The notes beneath the pieces were generated by a model. The model had not been told where the DNA came from. It worked only from the letters and a program-made list of their open reading frames with translations, and searched no databases. A stretch of 64,000 nucleotides of DNA from Vermamoeba vermiformis (taxonomy: Eukaryota). Both the position numbers and the translations under genes were made by a program. The stretch covers positions 372,001 to 436,000 of the forward strand of contig JBEWZL010000152.1 in assembly GCA_045837725.1 (NCBI GenBank). The letters are read 5' to 3'. This document shows, piece after piece, positions 39,262 to 51,262 of the stretch; position 1 is the stretch's first letter, and every line of letters starts with the position of its first letter.

Positions 39262-40185
39262 CATTATAAAAGTCTGTCGCGGTGTTGTTACCTGATACTC
39301 GTGGCTTGTTGAACTTGATGTGGTCATTGAGCACGACTTTCACTTCAGGCATGCCACTCAGTCGTGCATTGGCCGCGATCCTTCCCACAATTTCAGCGCT
39401 GAGCTGTGCACCAGTGGGTGACATCTGAATGACACGTGTCAATCCAGCTCCACTGACAATGGTAACACTACGTACCTGCATATTCACTCGCTCAATTACG
39501 TCCAAGAAGATCTCATTCTTGACATATTGAGGCAGTGGTCCGTGGAACAGAACTTTGGTGATGGCAGGCAGGGCAGGCTGAACAGGACGATTGAGCTCGT
39601 GACCTTGTTGCGTGATGTATGTCTTGAGCACTGCTGGCTCCGTGGTCTGGGGATAACCAAAGTCCAGCACCTCGTCGAGCAGTTCGTACACGATCACAAA
39701 GTTGTCGCGAATAGACTCCTCTTCCACGCTCTTAAAGTACTCTTTGAACACCTAACGCAGATCTCAGTTTGGGTCACGTGAACTGGTCGCGTACCTCAAT
39801 CAGCTTGTACAAGAAGTTGAGCACCATCATCGCATCGCTATTCATCTCAGTGACCGCAACGACTAGTAGCAAGTTAGTACAATGTACTTTCGATTTTGCA
39901 ATTCCGTTTTCAAATAAAACAGAATTCTCCGATATTTTTAAAAATATGCTAGAATATTTAATAATTTAGGTTAGCTCAATTATCATGCTTACGGTAGAGA
40001 TTGTTGTGTTTTACGTGGATGTCAGTTTTGCCTTCAACTTCGAATATTGGTCCTAAAACATTCTCTTCATCGTCGATGATGCGGCGCATAAATGCATCTG
40101 CGTGTGTAGCTGGCACTCCATCGCGATAGTTTCTTGATAGTAGAACTTTGCCAGTCAAATCCAATATGAGAATCGACGATATCAT
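38448..40185 (-). CDS. AP1M1: Clathrin adaptor AP-1 mu subunit
   Basis: ILDLTGKVLLSRNYR, EEESIRDNFVIVYELLDEVLDFGYPQTT, DVKFHQCV, FIPPDGEFELMTYRL, KSGYKAVPWVRYLTQSGEY. Confidence 0.9.
39191..39261. repeat. About 70-nt interrupted poly(T)/poly(A) tract inside an AP-1 mu intron
   Basis: Directly visible. It lies between the GT donor near 39290 and the AG acceptor near 39152 on the minus strand. Confidence 0.95.
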
Positions 40186-40408
40186 ATTGCAATGATTCTA
40201 ATACTCGTTGAACTCCGATGAAGTAACACAACTGTGGCTCACTGTGCAGTTGTTGAGCTCAAATGACAGAACTAACAGTTTTTGACAGATGATAACACGT
40301 CGAGTACACGAAAATTCAGCATTTATTTTACAAGCACGAGCACAGCGTGACTTGACACCGTTGTACTCGCAGTCAATTACAACAACATATCGCAGTAAGA
40401 TCTAGCAC

Positions 40409-42129
40409 TTAGTCCTCTTGTTCTCGCTCTTGTGCCTCGCGCTCTTCAAATGTGATGACGTAGCGCGGCAAGCACTGCGCACTCTCAAACACAATGACCT
40501 CATTGCCCTCTGATAGCACGGGTTAGTGACGGCAATAAAATAGAACAATTGTAACTGCTGAATACGTACTGGGACTGTAATGCGAGTCGTAGCCAGGCAC
40601 GTGATCTTGACCGTCCATGCGACCAGTGCACTTGAAGCTCTTGCCCGTCAACATCTTCGCCATGATCAGCTGTGTGCTGTTGCGCTCCTCGCTGTACCAC
40701 ATCGCGTAGTCGCTGTACAGTGCGAAGTAGATGCCTTTGCCGAAATAGCCGTCGTCGAGCAGTTCAACTGACACGCCTTTCTTGGCCTTGGCAGCCTTCT
40801 TCTTGGTCTTGCTCTTGTCTTCAGCTTTCTTCAAGTCGTCTGGGTGCTTGAATCCGTCCTTAATAATGCACTGCACACTGTGTTCAGACGTGCCGTGAAA
40901 GCCCCAAATCTCTTGCGAGTGTTCTTTGTTCTTCGTCTTGTCGCTGTTTTGGATTTTCTGAACGAACAGATGAGCGAACGAGTTGACAATAGGACTTATT
41001 GTAATTATAATGTACCTTCTTTTTGTCATCGTAAGCGCGCTTCAATTTAGTATTTACAACGATGCCTATTGATTTGATTGCGTAGTTGGCCTGTGACTTG
41101 GCCATTGTTTGGAAGAACTTGCTGCACACTACCAGCCACAATAGTGTCAGTATTGAATACACATATGATGGTTGTCAATATGAACCTACCTCTGTCCCAC
41201 ACGTTCTGTTCTTCTTTGTTCATCTTCTGACCGTTGCGCAGTTCAATAACTTTGTAGCCGTTGTCGTCTTTCAAAATATCTTTCTCGCGCTCCAGATCAA
41301 TGTCGTCAGGAGCTCGTTCACCCTCTTCATATTCATCGGGGGTCCAGCCAAACAGACCAAGCAGTTGATCGTGCTCGTGTTCTGTAATGCTGTGTTCCTG
41401 TCTGTACGACACAGCTGTCAGTCACGTGTCAACTTGTCTCAATCACTCTGTTACCTGAACTTTTTGAGCAGTTTTTTGCCCTCCACACCGATCTTGTTGT
41501 CATTCAGCTGCACTTTCATCACGGCCTTGTACAGCTCGAGACCGGGTCTAATGCCACTGTTCAAGTCAGGCTGTGACACTGACGAATTTGATCGTTTGAG
41601 TGCTGGTCGTGAATTGCCCTTTGATGACGTGCTGGTCTCGTCCGCGTCTTTGGTCTTGCTTTGCACCGTTGACGCTTTCCTCGTCAGTTGGCTGCCTTGA
41701 CTGCCCTCGTCGTCTTTAACACGCTTAGTATGGTAGTACACGTAAAGCACATTACGTACCGACAATAGCTTGTGAACTTGATGCGGATGCCCCTCCTTCT
41801 TTCTTTTTCTTTTTCTCGAGAGCAGTTTTTTTCGGGTGTCTAAACTGTACAAAATGCGCAGGGTTTTGCCGGTAACAATTTTCATCGTACCAACACACGG
41901 GCTTGCTCTCGTCTTCCTCTGAATCGCTGGCTGCATCATTTTCTTCCTTGTCACTTTCTGGATCGTTTTTTGTGGAATTTTTATCACTATTTAATTTAAA
42001 GCCATTTGATAAATCCGCGGAACTGCTCTGTTTTGTGTCCATTAATTTTTGTTTTTTAGGAGGGCTTTCTTCCTCTAGTGGTTTAGATTCATTTGCCAAA
42101 TCCGCTGCTCTCTTTCTTTTTGGAGGCAT
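40409..42129 (-). CDS. PARP-family ADP-ribosyltransferase with N-terminal PBZ zinc finger
   Basis: MPPKRKR NLS-like start; PBZ CWYDENCYRQNPAHFVQFRHP; catalytic FHGT...GYFGKGIYFA..SDYAMWY...GNEVIVFESAQCLPRYVI. Confidence 0.88.
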
Positions 42130-42373
42130 ATTGAAGATAATAATGTATTTAACTAATTCACAATCTCCGTTTGCATAAAAATAGACAAAAGCTCCCTCCG
42201 TGTGCTCAATTCGAAGAAAAGATAAAAAAGAGGGCAGAAAAAAACCGCGAAAGGCAGCCGCCAGAACGAGCAAAAATCTTGACACAACGAGTTGATTGAC
42301 TTGTCGTGCTGTAAACGACACCTGTATATTAATTGGGCACATAGATTGCCAACACAGTGTTAACCAGTAAAGG

Positions 42374-43532
42374 ATGGGTGGAAAGAAATCTAAGCCAGCG
42401 AGAGAACAACCGCCAGCTTCAAATAAAAATACCAATAATAAGCAACCAAAATCTAATAAAGCACTCGAGTATAAATTATTGATTGTTGGCGATGCTGGTA
42501 AGTGTCGTAATAATATTCGGTTAAAATTGTAATTCCGGAGCGGATGTTTCTCCCACGCTAACTCGCAGAGGATAATATTATTGCTCAATATGAAATTAAT
42601 CACTATTATATTTACCGCTTATCCTCAGAGTTTATTGAATTTTGATTGTTTACCGTTTAATATTTTTGATATCAAGCAAATATTTCAGGCATTCTAACGA
42701 TTTTGTATTATAGGCGTTGGTAAAACAAACTTATTAACGCAATTTACGGTAATAATTTACGGTAATAATTAATGGAAAAACTGGCCAATAACACAAACTC
42801 AATAGGACGGCAAATTCTCTGACCAAGTAGCGAATATTGGAGAAGATTTTGTAAGTGATTTCGTGCGTCACACAATATGAAAATATTAATATGGTGTTTC
42901 CACGCAGAAACGAAAAGATGTCACAGTGAACGGACAGACGATTCAATTACAAATTGTAAGTACTCCACTGCCACTGACACGCGCTCGATCGTATTCTCGA
43001 GGCATATGAAGAGCATATTATTGCACCATGTATTAATCGATTGCCTACAGTGGGACACAGCGGGTCAAGAGAAGTTCAGGAAGATCACGTTCGGTCTGTA
43101 CCGCGGAGCCCACGGTATTGTATTGGCATATGACATCACTAAGAAAGCGACACTCGACAACTTGGACAAGTGGCTCAAAGACATCACTGACTACGGCGGT
43201 GAAAAGGTCACCAAGATCGTCGCAGGCAACAAGACGGTACGCGTCACTCATGTCGCACTCGTGCTCGTACTCATAGCATTGTATTTAGGACTTGGAGACC
43301 GAGAGAGTGGTGACCACTAAGCAAGGCCAGGTAAGATCATACTAACAGCGTGGTACTTGTCACGTGTGCTGATCGTGATCCGCAGGACTTCGCTGAATCA
43401 CACAAGCTTGGCTTCATTGAAACAAGTGCTAAATCGAATAAGAATGTAGAAGATATGTTCCAATTGATCGCAACCAAAATTTTTGAAGCTAAGCGTGATG
43501 CGCCAGACTCAGAGGGTTCGGAGTCAGATTAG
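42374..43532 (+). CDS. Rab1-like small GTPase, N-terminal MGGKKSK leader, no C-terminal Cys
   Basis: KLLIVGDAG|VGKT, NIGEDF, QI|WDTAGQEKFR, YRGAHG, GNKT|DL, ETSAK; ends DSEGSESD*. Confidence 0.9.
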
Positions 43533-44344
43533 AGCCAGAAGAGCAGTAAAATAAATCTCCCTTTATTTATTATTACAATCGTTGTCCTCGCACATACTCT
43601 TCATAAGATCGTGCTCTATTTCAAGACGATCCAGGTTCGATCTCGATCCCACAACAAAAACAGCGCATGTTGCGCATAAAAAAACAATTTTGAACTCGAG
43701 TGCTTTTGATCCATCCCAGGGGTCTTCAAACAGATGATGAACGGGAGTCTCATTTCATAATGACAGGTGGCGCCTAACCCCTTGTTGTGTTACGACAACA
43801 AATGGCCGCCTAACCCCTTCTGATCCAATTTACTGTTTAAAAACCTCTTGGGGCACAGTCGGTCCAGTTATTTCTGTAAAACATAATAGAATAAAAATGG
43901 GGGAATGGGAGAGGGTTGGGAGTTACGTAAAAAAGCAGATCCGCGGTGGATCTTTTGCTATAAAAAATTAATAAGGCTGGGGCAGTCTACTAGTGAAGCG
44001 CACTAATGTGAAATCACATTATAATTATTACATCCCTCTCGTTAACAAATTTACCGAGGTAGATCGTCAGGAGGCTCCTTTTGCCCGCTAGCAAAAAAAA
44101 GAACGGTTGAGGGCGTGCGGTAACTCTAGATGAGTACGAGAATATCTACATCAACAATAGTCTTTCGTAATTAAATAAAACGTTGCGCGATCGTTGAAAA
44201 GTTGACAGGAACCTGCGCCAATAATTTTGGCGGCCCCATTCCTTTTGTATTTATCCTGACGTGCACTTCAACGCCGCTCTTACGGTGCACTTTATTGACC
44301 TATATTCAGCTACTTCTCAATTATTAGCACAATACTGCGAGCAG

Positions 44345-45599
44345 ATGGGTAACGCGGGAGGAAAGAAGAAGGGCGGCAAGAAAGGAGCCAAAACAGATAA
44401 TGCATCCAGCGGTGGAACTAAAACTCTTGCTAACAACTCTGAATATGACAAATTATTTAGAATATTAATGGCAGGCGATCTAGGTAATTTACCTAAAATA
44501 ATTTCGCACCCACCGAATAATCACCAAATATAGTTAACTAATATCCATAATATATTGGGAGAAATAATTTTGAAACTGATATTCAAAAACGAAAAATCTC
44601 CGCTTAATATTAAATTACCGATCCTTTGACAAATATCAAAATTAAGATTAACACAATATTAATGTGCTAATAAATGATGTGGGGGTGTAATATTGGACTA
44701 CAGCTCTGTAAGAAATTGCGAGAGTTGTCAACGTGTCGTTTTATTCAGTAGCTTTCTAACTGCTCGCCTAGGTGTCGGAAAGTCATGCGTCGTATTACGT
44801 TTTACAGTGAGTAACATTTTAAATATGAATATATGGGACTCAAACTCTTTACAGGAAAATTTCTTTTCGGATACGCCGATCTCGACGATTGGAGACGACT
44901 TTGTAAGCAATGAACAATATTGAAAGAGCGAATGAGATAACTGACCGTATATTAATAGAAAACAAAAACATTTGACGTCAGAGGAGCAAAAATCAAAATG
45001 CAAATCGTAAGTAGTTTGCTAACACTATTCAAGGCATGATATTAATAGTTTTATGATCTAGTGGGACACAGCGGGCCAAGAGAAGTGAGTGCTCGATTAT
45101 TAGCAATAATGAAATTGTTATGTGAGGCAGTACACGGAACACAATGTAACGCGTGCTTTTAGGTTCCGTTCCATTATTACCTCCTCATACTACAGAGGGT
45201 CGCACGGTGTATTGATGGTGTTTGATATCACTAATCGCGCGAGCTTTGAAGGCTTGGACAAGTGGTTTGAACAGATCAAGACTTACGGCAGTCCTGACAC
45301 CACTATTCTCATTGTTGGCAACAAAACGGTGCGGCTCTACTACAACTCGAAATACAATATGCTTCTAACATGTATAATATTGTAGGACTTGAACTCTCAA
45401 CGAGCTGTCTCGGAACAAGAGATCAAGGTAAGTCCTGTGTCACGATTTCCAGCCATAGGCTCTTACTAATGCTAACCTTCAGGATTATTGTGCTCGCCAA
45501 CAAGTCGAATATGTAGAAATGAGTGCGAAAGACAACAATGGTGTAGAACAAGGTTTTATCAGGCTCGGTGAGCTGATCCACGCTAGACAAAACGAGTAA
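44345..45599 (+). CDS. Rab1-like small GTPase, N-terminal MGNAGGKKKGGKK leader, no C-terminal Cys
   Basis: EYDKLFRILMAGDLG|VGKS, STIGDDF, WDTAGQEK|FRSIITSSYYRGSHG, GNKT|DL, EMSAK; ends LIHARQNE*. Confidence 0.9.
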
Positions 45600-45792
45600 A
45601 GCTGCTGTACAAATGTCATATTATTTATTGCTTTAAATCTTGCGGTGTTTTATTAGTAAAATTATCATAACATAAGCGTGCTAGACTGGCGTGTAAACAT
45701 GGCGGCATTATTTTTTTGAAGTTCGCAATTTCTTTGGTACCAGTACGCGACATGTTTTTCGAATTTGAATTTGAACTGAAGAGAACCCAACA

Positions 45793-47469
45793 ATGAAGAG
45801 AAAGCAAGACGAAGTAGTTGTGTTGGATAATGATGGCAACAAACGAGCCAAATTGTCTGTTCAATGCGAGGATCAAGTTGCCACCCTCGAATTTGCTCCT
45901 CCAATAAGCAAAGACAGATTACGACAGCTAATTGCAGAAAAATTCAACAGACAAGCCGGTATGTAAATTATTGATAAAAGCCATCATCAGGCCTTCTCAG
46001 AAAAATAAAAACAATTATTTTGTTTTTCGGATCAGCCTAAGATTTATGAAATTCCTAGCGCACAAAGTTAACTTTCAACTCGCAAACTGGACATTAAAAT
46101 AGCAATAAATACAGTTTTTCCAAATAAAAGAATTAACGTTGTTCGAGCAGACGACTTGCTGTCGATCTTATCAGCAAAGGGAGATGTGGTCAGTCTCAGC
46201 GCTCTAGGAACTCGGCCGCAGCGGTATCCTGGAGAACTAACTGTTATTTTCATCGACTCATCGACGAAGAATGATATGAGGCACAACAAAGACCTCTATG
46301 TTGGAGATGGCAGCGCGCAAGTTGTCGATCTCACGTACGCACAATCTTGCCTGCTCGACATGTATTAATCCTTACTGTTACAGAGAAGATGCTACTAATT
46401 TATGCGCGCGGTGCCTGCAGAAATACGAAGATGTCAACGACAAGTGCTACTATCACCCTGGCAAATTGGTCGAGTCACGAACTGAAGCTCGCAAATTGAT
46501 TGTCAAGTCTCTCGAGGTCAGCAAAGAGTTAATAAGACATCCTAAGTATTAACACTAACGTACAAAATAGTCTTCCGAGTCTCTTGTCAATGGCGTGCCT
46601 ACTGAAGTGTCGCGAGAGTACAACAAGAAATTGCTACGATGGAGCTGCTGTCAAGGCAAAAAGAGTAAACTTGGGTGCACAACAGCTGACAAGCATTTGG
46701 TAGGTCATAGTCGTTGTGTGGTCATCGCAGTGAGTTAACACCTGCCTAGGCAATGACAGTGCCCAAGTCCACCGATGACAGACTACTCAAGCTGTTCTCA
46801 GAGCAGAGCACACCAAAAACATCAGGCCCCAACAATAACAATGTTGCAGGCGATGATGATGTGCAGATTGTGGAGCGTATCTTGGCACCAGTAAATATTC
46901 CCGGCGTTGATACTGCTGGACAACACGTGCTGAACACGTGCATTGATCGCAACAGAAGCTACTGTCTCAATGAACAGAAGACACACACGTGGACTGGAGC
47001 CACGCATGGTAATGACAACCGCACTGAGCAAACGTGGATGAGACTAACAATCAACAGAGGGCGGTGGTTATTTAGAGTCCGATGTAGATCCGCAGCTGTT
47101 GTGGTGCATTCAATTTGACAAAGCACTCAAGTTGCACTCGCTGCAGATACGCGCACCAGAAGGTAAGGGTGCGTAGTACCGTCTTACGCGGTACTGACCA
47201 ATCCTGTTGCAGATCAAGCACCCAAGACAATCAAACTGTTTGCCTCGCGCGTCAACATGGACTTCAACGACATTGACAGCATCACTCCGACACAAGTCAT
47301 CACTGTGCTGCCAAAGAATCTCGGTCCGAATGCCATCATCAAGCTCAATGTCAGCAAGTTCGCGAGCTGTACTTCTCTTACCATATTTGTAGAGGACAAC
47401 CAATCAGACGCAGACACTACGCGTATCGATTACTTGCAGCTGATTGGTCAGACTGTTCGACGTCATTAA
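45793..47469 (+). CDS. SIM-rich protein with beta-grasp-like N-domain, Btk/CHORD-like zinc finger and C-terminal PITH domain
   Basis: PITH: CLNEQKTH..YLESDVDPQLL..KLHSLQI..APKTIKLF..MDF..SLTIFVEDNQSDADTTRIDYLQLIG. Zn finger: CARC..CYYHPG..WSCC..GC..H. Confidence 0.8.
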
Positions 47470-47535
47470 AAGAGCTTTTTTTGGCGCACTTTTTTTGAAA
47501 GTAATTATTATTGAACACGCACAATCAGACACACC

Positions 47536-48381
47536 ATGGGGCTTTTAAAAATTCTTAGAAAGCTCAAGCAAAAAGAAAAAGAGATGCGCATATTGATGCT
47601 GTACGTCAAGAACATTAGCAAGCAAACTAGATTTGTTTTCTGCTGACACTTAATAATACAGAGGTCTTGATAATGCCGGCAAGACGACTATTTTAAAGAA
47701 ATTTAATGCAGAAGATATTAACACTATCAGTCCAACCCTGGGATTCAATATTAAAACTCTTGTTTATAAAAAGTAAGCTCATTGTTATTATTCGATATTA
47801 AGTATCCACGCACAACATTAATTACCGAGTAATTATTACTAGATATAAATTGAATATGTGGGACATAGGAGGTCAAAAGTCACTGCGATCGTATTGGCGC
47901 AACTACTTTGAACAAACAGATGGTATTAACAGGCATAATGAAGCAATAGCTAACTAAATTAACACCTAAATAAATAAGGTCTCGTTTGGGTCGTGGACAG
48001 TGCAGATCGACGACGATTGGAAGATTGCAAGCAGGAGCTTCAAAGATTGTTGCAAGAAGAGGCATGCATCAGCAATGCAATACTCAAGGTGCATGTTATC
48101 TAATTACTGGTACAGAAATTGGCTGGTGCTTCGTTGTTGATATTCGCCAACAAACAAGATCTGCCTGGTGCTTTGTCGAAAGAGGATATCATTAATGTAA
48201 GTGTTTATAGGTACGCTAATGAGTATGTCATTCTTATTTGTTGTAGGTGCTCGAATTGAACTCAATTGTCAACAGACACTGGACCATCCAGATTTGTAGT
48301 GCAGTAACGGGTGAGGGTTTGCAGGATGGTATTGATTGGATAGTGGGCGATATTTCATCGCGTATATTTATGTTCGATTAA
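47536..48381 (+). CDS. ARL2: ADP-ribosylation factor-like 2
   Basis: [75 protein letters not shown]. Confidence 0.96.
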
Positions 48382-48516
48382 TTGTACATTTGTGAATAGA
48401 ATAGCTGTTGCATTAATATTGTACGTTTTTTGTACCGCCAGTAATTTTTGGGGGTTTGAAATTTACGATAGGTAACCGACTATCATTATGATTATTATTT
48501 CAGCATCGAGTGCACA

Positions 48517-51190
48517 ATGACTCGTCCTACTGCTGCGCCAAACATGCATTGCGCAAGGCTACTGCTCAGCCTGATCTTCGTATCCGTGGTGCGCAGTGCA
48601 GTTTGGATTCCCATTCCCGTTAATTTTGCAGCACTAGACAAGCCAACAATGACTCCGTGGACTGAGTTCACCAGCCCAGACATCGAGCTTGCAATGTTGG
48701 GTGACAGAGGAACTGATCAACTCTTCGGGTTTTTTACCCTGCGTCTCAGTAAGTAACCTGCTAAAATGCCAAATTAATGTTGAATTTAGGGAAATAATTA
48801 TAATAGAGCCATAGTTGTTATCGGCTAATAATTTTGAAATTTTGTAGCGGATCCACCAACCTTCGACGTCAATTTCTCGCAGTTGAATATTACGCAATTT
48901 TATCCTAACAGAGTAAAGGATCATTCTGCATTTATAAGCAATTCTCCTCAGTCAATGTTCTTCTTTGGAGGGGTGGATGCCGATGGAAACTATTTGAATA
49001 CAACGCTAAGAGTGATTCGTCCGACCAGCAACCAAGTGCAATTTGGCTCCTTCACCGTGCCTGGACTGCTACCGCGAGCTGGTCACTCGGCAGTCGTTGC
49101 GCCACAAGGAAGTCTCGGCTGCACTTCTACTACCGGATGCGTACTCGTCTTTGGTGGACGCAACGCAGACAGCTACTTCAACGAGATGTTGCGCATAGAC
49201 CCTGGTACGTAGCAGTCAATCAGTCCTGGGTGTTGCTGACCGCACGACAGCTTCATTCGCGACCAGCACCGTGTCACAGACCAATCAGCCAACAGCGCGG
49301 TACCACCACAGTGCCGTGGTCATCAACGGCAAGATGTACGTGCTGGGGGGCGAGGACAGCGCGGGCACTGTGCTCGATGAGGTGCAGATCTTTGATTTCT
49401 CGACCTCTGCCTGGAGTGCTGGTGAGCCCATGCCGTTCACGCTCACAGGCCACGCAGCAGTCGCGCTGGGCACTGATATCTACGTGTTTGGTGGGCGCGT
49501 ATCGCCGTCACTGCTGTCGAACACGGTGTATATTTATGATACGCGTAAGTACTTGCCACACTTCAACGGCTGAACTGACTCGTGTGACAGTCAGTAACTT
49601 GTGGTCCATTGCCCCCGAGACTGAAAACACGCCCACACCGCGCGTCTATCCACGTGTAGTGTCACTGGACGCCAATCGATTCTTGATTTACGGTGGCAAC
49701 AACGGCACGCAGAATCTCAATGACTTCATCGTGTACGACGTGTCCAAGCCCTGTCCCTTCTTGTAAGTCTTCAGTGCGTTAGTGTTCGACTAGCAATCAC
49801 TGACTGGCCTGTCAGCTGTCCCTTGTCCAAGCTGTGTCAGACTGAAGCAGCGTGCTCCAATTACATTGGCTGCTACAACCGCACCAGTGACAGTGCGCTG
49901 TTCAAGTGTCGCTTGAGTTGCATCACTGACCCCCGCAATTGCACGCCCGAGACGTGTGCCAACTTCACGTGTTGGAACGGCCTGTGCGCTGAGACAGCTG
50001 CCGACTGTGATCCTTATCCGCGCTGTCCACTGACTTGGCGACGGTAATTATACTTAGTGCTGCATGTCATTGACTAAGCGTGTCACTTAGCTGTGCCGAT
50101 GGACTGTGCAGTGCTGACTGTGCTGCATTCAACGCCACACAACTGTGCAATGCTGTGCTGTGTGCTGACGGCAGTTGTGTGAGTGACGAGAGCGAGTGCA
50201 TTCCATTCAACGGCTGCACACCAGGCCTGATACAAGTGAGTACGCACTCTCGAGACCTGCAGCACTGACTTCAGCTAGTGTCCGAGCGGCGAGTGCGTGT
50301 CCGTGCTCGAGGACTGTTACTGCAGCAATAGCACGCAATTCACTTGCGCCAATTACGCCCAGGATTGTGCCTCTGATTGCGGTACCGTAAGTACTAGGCC
50401 TGGCTAATGCATGGTCATAATAACTCGTGTGCAGGCGTGGTGGATGAAAACAGCCGTCAGAGCAGATCTGACAGTCCCGATCAGCAAACAAGACCAAGGC
50501 AATCTCGGCAGGGCAGTTGTGTACCGTGAAGGACGCGATGAGGTCTTGGCAGCGATTGTATTCAATGTCACGGGGCAAGTCAACTCCGTCGCTGTCAGCA
50601 TCGCCCCCGTGCCCGAGAGTCGATTCTCGCGCGCTACATATGCAACGTGGACGAGCGAAGAGGACTATCGCCACAAAATACTCAGTTCTGTCGTGGAGAT
50701 CAGTGCGGATCTGCCTGCTAGCCAAGTGCTGATTGTTTTTGCATTCGTTATCAACGATGGACTGGTACGTTAATTCGAATTCAAGTCGGTCAGTGTTCCT
50801 AATATGGCAATGCTACAATAGTTGAAGCCTGATCGTTGTTTGGCACGCTTAGTCGAATCAACTGTGAACGGCACTACCACTGCCACGTGGAGGTGTGTTG
50901 ACACTAACTTCCCGCAGTTTGAAGGATCTGTAAGTACATTGCCTTATTAGGTAATTTCAAACACGTGACTGACTGGCTACCAGTTGATGGGTGCTCTGAT
51001 TGACGAGTACGGTGTGTTCGCACTGATCGCGATCAAATTTGACAGCACTCCGAGTGACACGCAGCAGCCCTACAATGTCCCCGCAGACTACGAGCGCGAA
51101 GCACACACCGGCATTGCCATCACTGCGGGTGGACTGTTGTTCGTGCTCATTCTCGTGGTCGTGATTCGTGCCATTCAACAGCGTGCTTAG
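48517..51190 (+). CDS. Type I membrane protein: signal peptide, Kelch repeats, Cys-rich repeats, juxtamembrane domain, TM helix
   Basis: Hydrophobic N-terminus (ATG at 48517 or 48544). Kelch repeats PRAGHSA..VLVFGG, ARYHHSA..MYVLGG, GHAAV..IYVFGG. CxxGxC repeats. TM IAITAGGLLFVLILVVVI with a short tail. Confidence 0.78.
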
Positions 51191-51262
51191 GACAGCTTGT
51201 TTATTTACATGTATTGTACTTGTGACGTATTAAAACAGTCATACAACAGCCAGGCCAGTGCT

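Noticed and set aside
39185-39290. Poly-lysine C-terminus in ORF 39185..39751
   Set aside because: Read-through into an intron containing the poly(A) tract; AP-1 mu continues in the next exon (..DVKFHQCV).
42130-42603. Hydrophobic N-terminal extension of ORF 41752..42603
   Set aside because: Antisense to Rab exon 1 and its promoter; the ART gene plausibly starts at MPPKRKR (42129).
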